Below the pieces are notes generated by a model. It had not been told where the DNA came from, searched no databases, and worked only from the letters and a program-made list of their open reading frames with translations. From a bacterium (GTDB lineage: Bacteria; Electryoneota; Electryoneia; Electryoneales; Electryoneaceae), in NCBI GenBank assembly GCA_963675295.2, contig CAXXKJ010000002.1, positions 3,488,001 through 3,552,000 on the forward strand: a stretch of DNA of 64,000 nt, read 5' to 3'. Positions 49,355 through 59,819 of this stretch are shown one piece after another. The position numbers and the translations under genes were made by a program. How positions within the stretch are numbered: the stretch's first letter is position 1; every line of letters begins with the position of its first letter.

Positions 49355-52300
49355 GAGTCCACCTCTTCAGGCTCGGTTCGTCCGATTTCGACCGCCACCA
49401 GTTTGGACACACCTTCTTCTTCCATGGTGACGCCGTACAGCCGGTCGGCGCGTTCCATCGTCAATTTGTTGTGCGTGACGACGAGGAACTGGGTCCGGTC
49501 GGTAAATTCTCGGAGGAGCCGGTTGAATCGTATCACATTCACGTCATCCAACGGCGCATCGACTTCGTCGAGGAAGCAGAAGGGTGACGGTCTTTCAAGG
49601 TACAACGCGAACAGCAGCGCGATGGCAGTCATCGCTTTTTCGCCGCCGGACAGGAGGTCAATGCTCGACAGCTTCTTGCCTTTCGGACTGGCGAAAATGT
49701 GAATCCCGGCCTCGAGCGGGTCGCCTTCCGCCAATGACAATGCCGCTTCTCCCCCGCCGAAAAGACGGCTGAAGAGACCGACAAAGTGGCCTTCGACACG
49801 GCTGAAGGTTTCGAGGAAACGTTTCCGCGCGATGCTGTTGATCTCGCGAATGGTGTCCTCGAGAGCGTTGACCGCGCGTTCGAGGTCGTCGTTCTGTTCG
49901 GTCAGCTGCTTCCAGCGGCGGTCAACGACTTCGTATTCCTCGAGCGCCATCTGGTTGACCGGGCCGAAATCGCGCACCTGTTCACGCAATTCACCGAGCG
50001 GAAGCTCGAGGTACGGGTTGTCATCATCGACGGCGAGCGGCAACTCTTCCTGCTTTTTTGTCATCAGGTCGATGTCGTACGCTTCAAGGATGCGTTCCCG
50101 CACCGAACTCAGCCGGTGCAGCATGTCCTTGCGTTCGAGCTCACGGTTGTGTACACGGTCGCTGAGCCGGGTTTGTTCTTCGCGGCGTTGCGAGAGGAAG
50201 CCGTCAATCTCGGAGCGTTGCTGCTGCAGCTTTTCGTACTGCTTGCGTTGCTTCGACAGCTCGGCCCGCTGCTGCTCAACTTCCTTCTCCAGCAATTCGG
50301 CTTCGCCCTGCAGGCGGCGGAGACGGTCGAGCGCGTCTTCAAGCGCGCCACCGGCGGTGTCGCGTTCCTGGCGCAACCGTTCCAGCTGATGTTCGTATTC
50401 TTCCTGCAACGCCAGCTGACGGGACAGTTCACCACGAACTCGTGCAAGTGCGGACGACGCCTCGACCTGCTTCTCACGAAGCTGGTCGCGGGCAGTGCGC
50501 AACGCTTCGCCTTCCTGCCGCAGATCTTCGCCCTGGGCACGGATTTCAGCGTACAACGCGTTGGCGTCCTTCAATGTCGCGACAACACCGGCCAGTTCCT
50601 TACGCAATGTGGTCTGCTGCGTTTCGAGGTCCGATTTTTCCTGCTGCAGACGGGCGGTTTCTTCTTCCGCGCGTTGAACACGGGACTGGTAGTCGCGCCA
50701 CTCGGTTTCCACCTTGCGCAAGATTGATTCCTGCGCCTTGACCGCTTCCCGCAGCCGGGTGTGTTCGGTCTCGGCCTTGATGCGAGCGTCACGGGTGGCT
50801 TCGGCGTCCTGGCGTGCGACGGTAAGTTCGGCCTGCATTGCGTCGTGCGCGCGTTCGAGGTCCTGCGTCAGCCGAGTTGCATCGTCGAGCAGACCCGACG
50901 CGCCGAGGTCGTCCACACTGGCCTGACCAGCAGAAATCCGGCCATCCGGGTGCAATGCGCAGCCTTCCGGCGTGACCAGCCCAAAGCTACCGCGGGCCTG
51001 TTCCGCCAGATCGAGCAGCGTCGCGAGATCAGGTACAAGCCCGTAGCGTTGCAGGTGCGCCCGGGCGGCCTCCCCCGCCGCACCGCGAATTTCGACGTGA
51101 TCCACCAGCGGTGCGACTCGTGAATCGTCCGGCAGGTTCACCGGCCCGGGTGATGATTTCGGTGCCAGCGCCAGCGCGGCGCGGCCCTTGTCGCGGTTCT
51201 GTAGAAACTCAACGGCCTGGTTCACGCTTCCTGCCGCCACGACGATCGCGTCCGCGAAGGACTCAATTGCCGCCGCAACAGCAGCCTGGTGCTGCTTCTT
51301 CTTGACGACGACGGCGTCGCCCAGCCGACCGTGGACCTCGTCAAACCCGGCGGTCAGCAAGGCCTGCACCGCTTCCGAACGGCCGACGCCACCACGCACG
51401 ATTCCCTCGAGGAACTTGACCCGTTCGCGGGCACTGTTCAGGTCGCGCGCGAGGCCGACGGCGTTCTTCTCGGATTCGCCGAGCTCATTGCGTTTCGTCT
51501 CTTCAATTGCACGCGCGTCGCCAACTGCGGTTTCGGCACTGGCCAGCTTCTGCTGCAACGTTTCCAGGGCGGCGGTCGCGGAATCCGGCGATTCTGGCGC
51601 GTTCGGCGCTTTGGCCTGTTCGGCGGTAGCCAGCAGGTTGTTGATCGCGAGCAGACGCTGGTCCGCGCGTTTCAGGTCACCGTCCACGCGGGCCTGTTCG
51701 CGTTCCGCCTTGACCCGTTCCCGTTCGGCGTTGTCGCGACGCTGGTTGTAGTTGCGTTGCCGGCCCTGCAGATCGTCCCACGTGTCCCGCATGCCCTCGA
51801 GGCGTTGCTCGATCTCACGGGCGCGATCACCGGCGCGTTCGTCCTTCTCGGCCAAGTCACGCAGGGCTTCGCCGACATCGACCAACCGCTGGCTGAGCGT
51901 CTCTTCCTCGGTTTCCCGTTGCTCGCTGCGAGCTCGCACCGAACGGATGCGCTCGTTCAGCACCTCGATCTCGCTACGGGCGTTGGTCAGCCGGTCCTCG
52001 GCCTGGGCCTTGTCTGCGCCAAGAGATTGCAGCGTTTCTTCCTGCGCGGACAGCTTGCCATGAATTTCACGCAGCGAACGCGCTTCCTTGTCGAGCACGG
52101 TCGTCAGTTCATCCCGCCGCTTTGTGTCCTGCGCGATGGATTGCTCGAGTGGCGCGATTTTCGCCTGCAGTTCAAGGATTTCGGCGGACGAGGCTTTCAA
52201 CTCGATGACACGCAACGCCTCACGCAGGAAGCGGTACCGCCGCGCCTTGTTCACCTGGCGTTTAAGCGAGTTGCGGCGTGTGGTGACTTCATTCAGCAGG

Positions 52301-52878
52301 TCGGCGAGACGGACGAGATCGGAGCGGGTTTCGTTGAGCCGGTAACGGGTCGTTTTCAACTTCGCCTTGTACCCGGTGACCCCGGCGGCTTCCTCGAACA
52401 GGCGTCGGCGTTCATCGGTGCGGGCCGAGAGGATCGTCTCGACCATCTTCAGTTCGATGATGCTGTAGCTGTCCGGCCCGAGGCCGGTATCGGCGAAAAG
52501 ATTGCGGATGTCTTTGAGACGGCTGGGCCGGCGGTTGATGAGGTAGCCGGAATCGCCTTCACGGTCGAGACGGCGGGTGATGGCGATTTCGGTATACTCT
52601 TCCGGGAGTACGCCACGATCATTCTCGAGCACGAGGGTTACTTCCGCCCGGCCCGATTGCTTCTGCCGTAACGACCCGGAGAAGATGACGTGTTCCATCT
52701 TGTCGCTGCGGAGCACGGTGGAACGCTGTTCGCCGAGTACCCAGCGGACGGCGTCGACGATGTTCGTCTTGCCGCAGCCATTGGGACCGACGATTGCCAT
52801 AACACCGGGCGTGAAGGTCAGCTTGGTCTTATGGGGAAAGGATTTGAAACCGTGAATCTCAAGCCCGCTGAGGTGCAC
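49351..52878 (-). CDS. smc: Chromosome segregation protein SMC
   Basis: GFKSF, GPNGCGKTN, coiled coils and hinge, LSGGEK, LDEVDAPLD. Confidence 0.97.
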   Translation of the reverse strand: MHLSGLEIHGFKSFPHKTKLTFTPGVMAIVGPNGCGKTNIVDAVRWVLGEQRSTVLRSDKMEHVIFSGSLRQKQSGRAEVTLVLENDRGVLPEEYTEIAITRRLDREGDSGYLINRRPSRLKDIRNLFADTGLGPDSYSIIELKMVETILSARTDERRRLFEEAAGVTGYKAKLKTTRYRLNETRSDLVRLADLLNEVTTRRNSLKRQVNKARRYRFLREALRVIELKASSAEILELQAKIAPLEQSIAQDTKRRDELTTVLDKEARSLREIHGKLSAQEETLQSLGADKAQAEDRLTNARSEIEVLNERIRSVRARSEQRETEEETLSQRLVDVGEALRDLAEKDERAGDRAREIEQRLEGMRDTWDDLQGRQRNYNQRRDNAERERVKAEREQARVDGDLKRADQRLLAINNLLATAEQAKAPNAPESPDSATAALETLQQKLASAETAVGDARAIEETKRNELGESEKNAVGLARDLNSARERVKFLEGIVRGGVGRSEAVQALLTAGFDEVHGRLGDAVVVKKKQHQAAVAAAIESFADAIVVAAGSVNQAVEFLQNRDKGRAALALAPKSSPGPVNLPDDSRVAPLVDHVEIRGAAGEAARAHLQRYGLVPDLATLLDLAEQARGSFGLVTPEGCALHPDGRISAGQASVDDLGASGLLDDATRLTQDLERAHDAMQAELTVARQDAEATRDARIKAETEHTRLREAVKAQESILRKVETEWRDYQSRVQRAEEETARLQQEKSDLETQQTTLRKELAGVVATLKDANALYAEIRAQGEDLRQEGEALRTARDQLREKQVEASSALARVRGELSRQLALQEEYEHQLERLRQERDTAGGALEDALDRLRRLQGEAELLEKEVEQQRAELSKQRKQYEKLQQQRSEIDGFLSQRREEQTRLSDRVHNRELERKDMLHRLSSVRERILEAYDIDLMTKKQEELPLAVDDDNPYLELPLGELREQVRDFGPVNQMALEEYEVVDRRWKQLTEQNDDLERAVNALEDTIREINSIARKRFLETFSRVEGHFVGLFSRLFGGGEAALSLAEGDPLEAGIHIFASPKGKKLSSIDLLSGGEKAMTAIALLFALYLERPSPFCFLDEVDAPLDDVNVIRFNRLLREFTDRTQFLVVTHNKLTMERADRLYGVTMEEEGVSKLVAVEIGRTEPEEVDS

Positions 52879-53154
52879 ACTCCTCCTCGTCCATCGGTTG
52901 GTAGGTTGAACAACGATCCCGCGCCCGTGGGAACCTCTGGTTTGTTAAAATAGAGTGTGGAGAGGACGGTATTCAACGTGGATGCGAGGGTTTGACGATC
53001 TCGCTCCCTTTTGTGTCGATGAAGTTCGCGGCTGGAGTTCCGGGAGCAGGATCGCTCCGGGAGGACACAACCAAGCTGCCGGTTTTGCATCAATAACGGG
53101 GAGAGGGTACCCTCTCGACGACGTGTTAACCGTTAACGGAAACCGATAGAAACC

Positions 53155-53361
53155 ATGCCAACGTATACGTACGCTTGCCCGGAGTGTGGCAGCCGCTTCA
53201 ACCTGTTTCATTCGATCAGCGATGACAGCGCGAAACAGTGCCCGGAATGCGGCGCAACGGCTCAGCGTCAGATGGGCGGAGGGTCCGCCTGGAGTGGTGG
53301 CAGCAAAACCGGCTTGTCCTCCGCACCAGCGCCGTCCATCCCGCGCGGCGGCTTCACGTGA
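53155..53361 (+). CDS. FmdB-family zinc ribbon protein
   Basis: MPTYTYACPECG...CPECG. Confidence 0.85.
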   Translation: MPTYTYACPECGSRFNLFHSISDDSAKQCPECGATAQRQMGGGSAWSGGSKTGLSSAPAPSIPRGGFT

Positions 53362-53564
53362 GCGGGCGGATGCTGATCCACCGGGTGTGGATCGTTTCAG
53401 AATGTCGAGCGTCTACGCGCTCAGAGCTGACGGGGTGATTCGAGCATCTGGATCAACCCCGTTTTTACTGAGTCTCCACTGGAACCAGGATGGTTTGGGC
53501 GCATGCAAGATTGTGCGTAGGTTGTCCCAGTGGGCAGCCCGGGAGGGAAAACAACATCCGGATC

Positions 53565-53987
53565 ATGAACCAGAAACAGATCGCTTCCGTTGTGATCGCG
53601 GTTCTGCTGATGGCTGTGCTGGCCGTGTTTCCGCCGTGGAAATACGTGGACGGCACGTTCATCGGCTTCGCGCCGGTGTACGACCAGCCGGAACCGCAGC
53701 CGGATTCGCTTTTCACCGGTGAGGTTGCTCCGGAACATGTCGAGATCAAGATTGTCCCCTCCACCCTCGCACCCTCCGAGGACCGGAACACCGACATGAA
53801 CGACGAGCAGAAGAAGCTTCCCGTGGTCGACGTGCGGAAGATGCTGACCGTCGGCACGATCATCTTTCTCGCGGCGATTGTCGCGGTGTTCGCGTTCGAC
53901 GACCGCACCCGCAGCGCGTCGGAACAGCAAGCCCGTGCCGCCCTGGAACGTTCAACACAGGCGAACAAGCTGGATCGCGACAAGTAG
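53565..53987 (+). CDS. Hypothetical membrane protein
   Basis: N-terminal TM ending FPPW and a second TM segment. Confidence 0.6.
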   Translation: MNQKQIASVVIAVLLMAVLAVFPPWKYVDGTFIGFAPVYDQPEPQPDSLFTGEVAPEHVEIKIVPSTLAPSEDRNTDMNDEQKKLPVVDVRKMLTVGTIIFLAAIVAVFAFDDRTRSASEQQARAALERSTQANKLDRDK

Positions 53988-54001
53988 TCACGCAATCCGG
54001 C

Positions 54002-55147
54002 CTACTTTTCTCGCAACCGTATCAGCGCCAGCTCGATCCGTTCAGCTGAGGTTGTGACCGCCGCTCGCACGAACCCTTCACCCGCTTCACCGAAGCCCCG
54101 GCCCGGGGTCAGGATCACACCCTTCTCCATCGCGTGTTCGACAAACGCGACATCATCATCCACACTCGCCCAGACGAAGAACGTCGCCGGGCTCGGGTAC
54201 ACCTGCTTCACTCCCGGCACATCCTTCAAACCCGTTTCGAGCAATTCTTTCCGACGGCCGTACTCATTGTGAGATTTTTGTGCGTCAGCGGGTGGGTTGA
54301 CTCCGTCGTAAGCTGCGAGTGCTTCCGCCATCGCCCGCTGGATGAACACCGGCGCGCCGCTGTCAAGTTGCGTCTTGATCTTGACCAGTGCCGCGATCGC
54401 CTCGGCCTGCCCCGCCGCGAACCCGATCCGGTAGCCGGTCACATTCATCATCTTCGACAGGCTGTGAAACTCAATCACATTCTTGCTGAACTGCAGCAGG
54501 GACGGCGGTTTCGGCGGCAGGAAGCTGAGTTCGCAGTAGGCGGCATCCATGATGACCAGGGTGTCCGGGTGAGCGTCCGCGAACGCCGCGACCTCACGGT
54601 AGAACGACTCGTCCGCCACCGCGCCGGTCGGGTTGTTCGGGTAGTTCAGGTACAGCAACCGTGCCCCCTCGGCGAGGGCCAGGTCGGGCATGAACTTGTT
54701 GTCCGGTGTCAACGGCAGCGCGCGGAAATCCGCACCGTTGAGGATTGCGCCGGCGTTGGCGTACACCGGATAGCCGGGATCGGTCGCGGCGACAACCGTG
54801 CCCGGTTCGGCATAGGCGCGCGACAGATTCGCCAGTCCCTCTTTGGATCCGCTGGTGATGCAGATTTCCGTTCCCGGATCAACAGTCACGCCGAACCGTG
54901 AGTGCATCCACCCTGCCACGGCCTTGCGCACCTCGAGATCGCCGACGCTACTCGGGTATTGATGCGCGTCCGGATCATCCAGGTGACGGATCAGGCTCTG
55001 TTTGACGATGTCCACCGGCGGCAGATCAGGATCCGCGATGCCGAGATCGATCAGGTCGACACCCTTGTGGCGTAGTTCAGCTGTCTTCGCTTCGAGGCCG
55101 GCGAACAGGTAGGATGGGAGGTTGTGGATGCGTTGCGCGAGGGGCAT
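54002..55147 (-). CDS. dapL: PLP aminotransferase class I/II, LL-diaminopimelate aminotransferase-like
   Basis: LPSYLFA, DLGIADPD, GSKEG, NYPNNPTG, EFHSLSK, GYRIG. Confidence 0.75.
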   Translation of the reverse strand: MPLAQRIHNLPSYLFAGLEAKTAELRHKGVDLIDLGIADPDLPPVDIVKQSLIRHLDDPDAHQYPSSVGDLEVRKAVAGWMHSRFGVTVDPGTEICITSGSKEGLANLSRAYAEPGTVVAATDPGYPVYANAGAILNGADFRALPLTPDNKFMPDLALAEGARLLYLNYPNNPTGAVADESFYREVAAFADAHPDTLVIMDAAYCELSFLPPKPPSLLQFSKNVIEFHSLSKMMNVTGYRIGFAAGQAEAIAALVKIKTQLDSGAPVFIQRAMAEALAAYDGVNPPADAQKSHNEYGRRKELLETGLKDVPGVKQVYPSPATFFVWASVDDDVAFVEHAMEKGVILTPGRGFGEAGEGFVRAAVTTSAERIELALIRLREK

Positions 55148-55306
55148 GGGTTTCTCGTCTCTCGTGGTTCGTCTTTAGTCTCTCGGGGGCGATGTAATGT
55201 AAAAGATAGCAACTGATGCAAAAGACGCAAAGGAAGCAAAAGATAACGGCTAGATTCTTCACTTCGCTGCGCTACGTTCAGAATGACACGCGTTGTGAAC
55301 ATTATT

Positions 55307-55390
55307 GTTACTGATTACTGATTACTGATTACTGATTACTGATTACTGATTACTGATTACTGATTACCGAGTACCGAGTACCGATTACCG
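55307..55390. repeat. ATTACTG heptamer array
   Basis: 7 perfect ATTACTG units (55314-55362) decaying to ATTACCG/AGTACCG. Confidence 0.95.
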
Positions 55391-55400
55391 GCCACCGACC

Positions 55401-56369
55401 TCACGCATACGACCGTTTGATCAGCAGTTCACGTGCCCAGTTGACCGCGCCGTGGACAGCATCAGCTTCCGGTTCCACCAGCTGCGGGCACTCGTCGGAG
55501 GTTTCGTGCGGATCGCAACCGTACGCTTCGTGCATCGCCGGCACGATCAGATCCGCCGCACCGGTCGCAACCCCGCCGAGCAGAGCGACCTTCAGGCCGG
55601 CCAGCGGAATCTCCAGCGCCTGCGCGTTGCGGATCGCCAGGTTCGCCAACTCCCGGCCAACGCGTTGATAGATCTCACGCGCGACTTCATCCCCCTCCCG
55701 CGCGATCGTTGCATACGCTTCACCCAGCGTGATCAGCTCGTCCCGTTGCAGCTTGCCGGCATACAGCTTCGGGATCAACGCGTACACGTCATTGATGTGG
55801 AAGTGGTCGAGCAGCAGATCGGTCAGTTTTGTTGCCGGGCCGGTGCCTTCCCACTGGGCGAGGCAGGCGCGCAGGACTTCGCGTGCAATCCACCAGCCGC
55901 CGCCTTCGTCGCCGAGCATCCAGCCCCAGCCTCCGGAACGTGCTTCCCGGCCCTCGGCGTTACGGCCGTACGCGATGGTGCCGGTTCCGGCGGTGACCAT
56001 CACCCCCGGTTGTCCGGAAAAGGCACCGAAATGTGCGATGAAGGCGTCATGGTGAACAAACACGTGTTGTGTGTGGAAACGTTCGAGCAGGACGTCCCGA
56101 ACCTTCTCGCGTTCCTCGGTTGTGCCGATTCCCGCGCCACCGACGGCGATCGCCTTGACACGAATGTCGACACGGCGGTCGGGCGGAATGATCCGGTGGA
56201 TGGCGTCGTCGATGAAGTCCCGTAACTCGCGGGGTTTGTTGACACGCAGGTTAAACGCGGGCCCCTGGACCTGATCGAAGTCCTTGCGGTTGGGTGCGGA
56301 AAGCAGTGCGCGTGAACGTGTGGCGCCGGCGTCTATGCCGACAACGTAGACGGCAGCTGGATCATTCAC
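55401..56369 (-). CDS. BadF/BadG/BcrA/BcrD-family N-acetyl-sugar kinase
   Basis: GIDAGATRS, AGTGTIAYG, GGWGWMLGDEGGG. Confidence 0.88.
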   Translation of the reverse strand: MNDPAAVYVVGIDAGATRSRALLSAPNRKDFDQVQGPAFNLRVNKPRELRDFIDDAIHRIIPPDRRVDIRVKAIAVGGAGIGTTEEREKVRDVLLERFHTQHVFVHHDAFIAHFGAFSGQPGVMVTAGTGTIAYGRNAEGREARSGGWGWMLGDEGGGWWIAREVLRACLAQWEGTGPATKLTDLLLDHFHINDVYALIPKLYAGKLQRDELITLGEAYATIAREGDEVAREIYQRVGRELANLAIRNAQALEIPLAGLKVALLGGVATGAADLIVPAMHEAYGCDPHETSDECPQLVEPEADAVHGAVNWARELLIKRSYA

Positions 56370-57835
56370 GACTCATACCCGTTGATGCGTCTGCGGCGTT
56401 CAATCGCCCAGGTGCGGGCGAGGGTTTTCGCGCGGATCTTGTCTACCGGCAGGCGGAGCGCGTCGGTGTTGCCTGGATGACGGCGATAGCGGTACAACAC
56501 GTCGTGCACGCGGTCGACCTGGTACTTCTCCCCTATTTTCAACACTAGGTCGTAGTCTTCACCGTAGTTTGGGAAGTCGTTCTCGTTGAAGCCACCCATC
56601 TCGAGGATCGCGGCTTTGCTCCAGCAACGGAGCGCTCCGGCGCCATCGACTCGCAGGATGTTGTTCACGTTGTACTCGAGGTGTTTTATGATACCGAAGT
56701 CCTCGAGAGTAGTTCCGCCCTCATCCATCAGCTCGTAGTAGCTGATCGCGAGCGCACATTTCGGATGCGAATCGAGGTGGTCCACCATCGCCTGCAACGT
56801 GTGCGGCACGTATTCGTCGTCGCTGTCGAGCTGGGCGATGTAACGTCCCCGCGCGGCCTTTACGCCCATGTTCAACGCCCGTGCGATCAGGTTGACCTCA
56901 CTGACCAGCACACGCACGCGGTTGTCCCTGGCGGCGTACTCTTCGGCGACCTCGCGGCTGTTGTCGCGGGAGGCGTTGTCGATGACAATGACCTCGAAAT
57001 CCTGCAACGTATTCGCGAGAACAGAGTCCAACGCCTTGCCGAGCAACCGTCCCCGGTTATGTACCGGGATGACGACAGTCACGATCGGGTCGCCGTCGTT
57101 GACCTCGCTGCGTGGCGCGTCGTTATCCGGCAGCTCAAGGAACGCACCCCGGCGTTTCAGGCAATCGTAGAAGACACGTTCGGTTTCCGCTTCCTCGTCC
57201 TTGTCCATGAACAGGTAGCTGAACCCGCCATAGGCGCCGCCACCGGGGTAAAAGAGGACATCGGAGGCGACGTTTTCGTCGTCGTTCGGCGGGAAAATGG
57301 TGTGTGTTGGAGTCTCGATCCGAGCGACCGACCCGTGTTCCATCAACTTCAGGCGCAGATCGTAGAACGTGGTGAACTTCAGGTCGGGGTCCGCGCCACC
57401 GACGGTCGCTAGGAACGATTTCGGCAGCGCCCAGATCGCGCCGAAATCCTCGCGTTCAGTCAGATCCCCGGCGAACGGGTGAATCTCGACGTGCCGGCCC
57501 TTGAGGTTATAGTCCGACACGATCAAGGCCGCATCTGGATCCGCCACATGCTTCTCGAGGAACACCTGCATGCCGTTCGGTTCGACTTCGACTCCCGGCG
57601 GAATCCAGATGTAGAGATCAACGTCAATCTGTTCCCGGACGGTTTCCAGCATCGCGCCAAGCGTGGTCGCATCAGTCTCGATCGCGGTCACATCGGGACC
57701 GCGCGGCGGTTCGTCGTCCGGCCCGTGCAGGTAGACGATCTGCAGCTGGGTCCGGCGCAACGCCATCAGGGTGCGTACGACGGCCTCGGGCGAAGCCTGG
57801 ATACTCGTTAGAATGGAAACCGCGGAAGCAGGCAC
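56366..57835 (-). CDS. GT2 glycosyltransferase with a degenerate N-terminal GT-A domain
   Basis: VVIPVHNR, IDNASRD, QLDSDD, YGEDYDL. Confidence 0.85.
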   Translation of the reverse strand: MPASAVSILTSIQASPEAVVRTLMALRRTQLQIVYLHGPDDEPPRGPDVTAIETDATTLGAMLETVREQIDVDLYIWIPPGVEVEPNGMQVFLEKHVADPDAALIVSDYNLKGRHVEIHPFAGDLTEREDFGAIWALPKSFLATVGGADPDLKFTTFYDLRLKLMEHGSVARIETPTHTIFPPNDDENVASDVLFYPGGGAYGGFSYLFMDKDEEAETERVFYDCLKRRGAFLELPDNDAPRSEVNDGDPIVTVVIPVHNRGRLLGKALDSVLANTLQDFEVIVIDNASRDNSREVAEEYAARDNRVRVLVSEVNLIARALNMGVKAARGRYIAQLDSDDEYVPHTLQAMVDHLDSHPKCALAISYYELMDEGGTTLEDFGIIKHLEYNVNNILRVDGAGALRCWSKAAILEMGGFNENDFPNYGEDYDLVLKIGEKYQVDRVHDVLYRYRRHPGNTDALRLPVDKIRAKTLARTWAIERRRRINGYES

Positions 57836-57909
57836 AGGAATCTCGCTGCAATCCAGTCAACATGCTGGAGAGTTGGATGATTGACGGCTACCGTACGGAA
57901 ACGGTTCGC

Positions 57910-58266
57910 TCAGATGTCGAACGAATCCTTGTCGTAATCGCTGACTTCCGGCCGTGGGATGCCGCGCCTTTCGTCGAACTTCCAGATGAGGTCGAGGACT
58001 TCCCGTCCGACGTCCGGCGTCACGCGAACATAGCGGAAGTACTTTCCGGCCCAGACCGCGACAAGCTGGCCCTGTGTCAGTGCATATTCCACTTCGACCG
58101 GAGTCGAGAGCCTGCGCGTCGCTTTGCCGACAACGTATGTTGCCGCACTGAATTCGTTGCGTTTCACGATATAGTTCGCGCCTTCGATGCGCTTGTAATC
58201 GTTGGCACGAATCCAGAGGGGCTTGTTCTTCTTACGCTTGTAGAGCTTCTTTTCTTTTTCAGGCAT
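57910..58266 (-). CDS. Hypothetical protein
   Basis: 118-aa ORF with natural composition, co-oriented with the GT2 gene. Confidence 0.55.
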   Translation of the reverse strand: MPEKEKKLYKRKKNKPLWIRANDYKRIEGANYIVKRNEFSAATYVVGKATRRLSTPVEVEYALTQGQLVAVWAGKYFRYVRVTPDVGREVLDLIWKFDERRGIPRPEVSDYDKDSFDI

Positions 58267-58358
58267 CGTCGTATCCCGTTATCCTGTACGCAACGTACAC
58301 ACAAGCCGTCAACATTTCAACAGCGTCATCCCGGCGCTCGCAATCGGGGGATTTACCC

Positions 58359-59102
58359 ATGTCACGTAAAGTTCTCGTCACCGGAGCCACCTCCGGCATC
58401 GGCAAAGCCACAGCGATCCTGCTCAGCGAACGCGGCTATGAGGTCGTCGCGACAGGCCGGAATGTGGATGCATTGAACGCCCTGAAGCAAGCAGGTTACG
58501 CGAGTTCGACGGTCACCGCCGACCTCGCCGAGCCGGAGGCTGCACAAGCTGTCTACGCTGAAGCCAGCCAGGGCGGACCGCTCTCCGGCCTCGTTCACGC
58601 CGCCGGCATCATCGGTACCGGAGGAATGGACAACGAAACCGACGCCGGTTTCGATCACATGATGAACGTCAATGTGCACGCCAGCTGGCGGATCATGAAG
58701 GCTGTGTGGGACGATCTGAAGCAGACGAAGGGGTCGGCGGTGCTGGTCAGCAGCGCGACCGGCCTGCGCGCTTCCGCGAATTTGCTCACCTACTGTGTCA
58801 GCAAGGCGGCGGTGGACCACATGGTGCGTTGTGCGGCGCTTGATGGTGCTCCGTATGGCGTGCGCGTCAACGGTGTCAACCCGGGCGTGGTGGTCACTGA
58901 GCTGCACAAACGCGGCGGGATGGATGTCGATGCGTATGCGGCGTTCCTCGAGCGCAGCAAGGAAACACATCCGCTTGGACGTCCCGGCCAGCCGGAAGAG
59001 ATCGCGGAGGCGATTGAATGGCTGCTCAGCGAAAAGACCGGCTGGATTACGGGTGTGAATCTGCCGACGGATGGCGGGCGGCAGTTGACGAGTTTGAGGT
59101 AA
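58359..59102 (+). CDS. SDR family oxidoreductase
   Basis: TGATSGIG, YCVSK, RVNGVNPG, DGG. Confidence 0.93.
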   Translation: MSRKVLVTGATSGIGKATAILLSERGYEVVATGRNVDALNALKQAGYASSTVTADLAEPEAAQAVYAEASQGGPLSGLVHAAGIIGTGGMDNETDAGFDHMMNVNVHASWRIMKAVWDDLKQTKGSAVLVSSATGLRASANLLTYCVSKAAVDHMVRCAALDGAPYGVRVNGVNPGVVVTELHKRGGMDVDAYAAFLERSKETHPLGRPGQPEEIAEAIEWLLSEKTGWITGVNLPTDGGRQLTSLR

Positions 59103-59105
59103 AAG

Positions 59106-59195
59106 GGGCTCAGGGCTCAGGGCTCAGGGCTCAGGGCTCAGGGCTCAGGGCTCAGGGCTCAGGGCTCAGGGCTCAGGGCTCAGGGCTCAGGGCTC
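59106..59195 (+). repeat. (GGGCTCA) array, about 13 units
   Basis: 12 perfect units plus 6 nt. Confidence 0.97.
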
Positions 59196-59280
59196 GAAAA
59201 TAAGAAAATCCAAGAGAAGTGTTGGCAAACGGCGTTTCAACGAGCGTCGACGCCAACTGCGCTGTAGCTGAAGGGAAGCC

Positions 59281-59643
59281 ATGCGCGATTACAGGAAACT
59301 GCAGGCATTCCAACTGGCGAACCAGTTGGCGTTGGCTGTCTATGCCGCAACCCGGGATTATCCCAGGGACGAGCTGTTTGGGTTGACGTCTCAAATGAGA
59401 CGGGCTGCGGTATCCATTGGGTCAAACATCGCGGAGGGAGCAGCGCGTTCAACGGAACGAGATTATCTGCGGTTCCTTGATATTGCACTGGGTTCTTCGC
59501 TGGAATTGGAATACCAGATTACGTTGTCTGCTCAACTTGGATTTTTGAACAGTGACGTTCAGGAACATAACCTGAAGGACCTGTCTGCCAGGACATCCAA
59601 GGCGCTTCACGGATTGATTCAGTCCTATCGAGCCAAACACTGA
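59281..59643 (+). CDS. Four-helix-bundle protein (23S rRNA IVS protein / Avd-like fold)
   Basis: YPRDELFGLTSQMRRAAVSIGSNIAEG, FLDIALGSSLELEYQ. Confidence 0.93.
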   Translation: MRDYRKLQAFQLANQLALAVYAATRDYPRDELFGLTSQMRRAAVSIGSNIAEGAARSTERDYLRFLDIALGSSLELEYQITLSAQLGFLNSDVQEHNLKDLSARTSKALHGLIQSYRAKH

Positions 59644-59712
59644 GACCGCAAAATCTGCGATCTCAGATCGGTGACAGGCTTATCATCCTGTTACATTTCA
59701 GGTTCATTCGCT

Positions 59713-59819
59713 GAGCCCAGAGCCCAGAGCCCAGAGCCCAGAGCCCAGAGCCCAGAGCCCAGAGCCCAGTGACTAGAGACAAGAGACTAAAGACAAGAGA
59801 CTAAAGACGATAGACGAGG
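59713..59819 (+). repeat. (GAGCCCA)x8 array followed by GAC-initial degenerate heptamers
   Basis: 8 perfect units at 59713-59768, nearly the reverse complement of the upstream array. Confidence 0.95.

Noticed and set aside
7501-52671. Long antisense ORFs in the track (e.g. 4332-5519, 7501-8634, 12955-14859, 19831-21627, 51289-52671)
   Set aside because: They are shadow frames opposite well-supported genes, as expected in high-GC DNA.
53362-53480. Possible structured ncRNA downstream of the FmdB-family gene
   Set aside because: The hairpins plus T-tract are adequately explained as a terminator; no known RNA family motif recognised.
26764-59643. Diversity-generating retroelement (RT plus Avd-like four-helix protein)
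   Set aside because: The RT has retron motifs and its own msr-msd, the four-helix gene is over 31 kb away, and I saw no TR/VR pair differing at adenines.
59281-59643. 23S rRNA gene with intervening sequence
   Set aside because: The flanks are the SDR gene and xth; no rRNA sequence is present. No tRNA or rRNA was recognised anywhere in the window.
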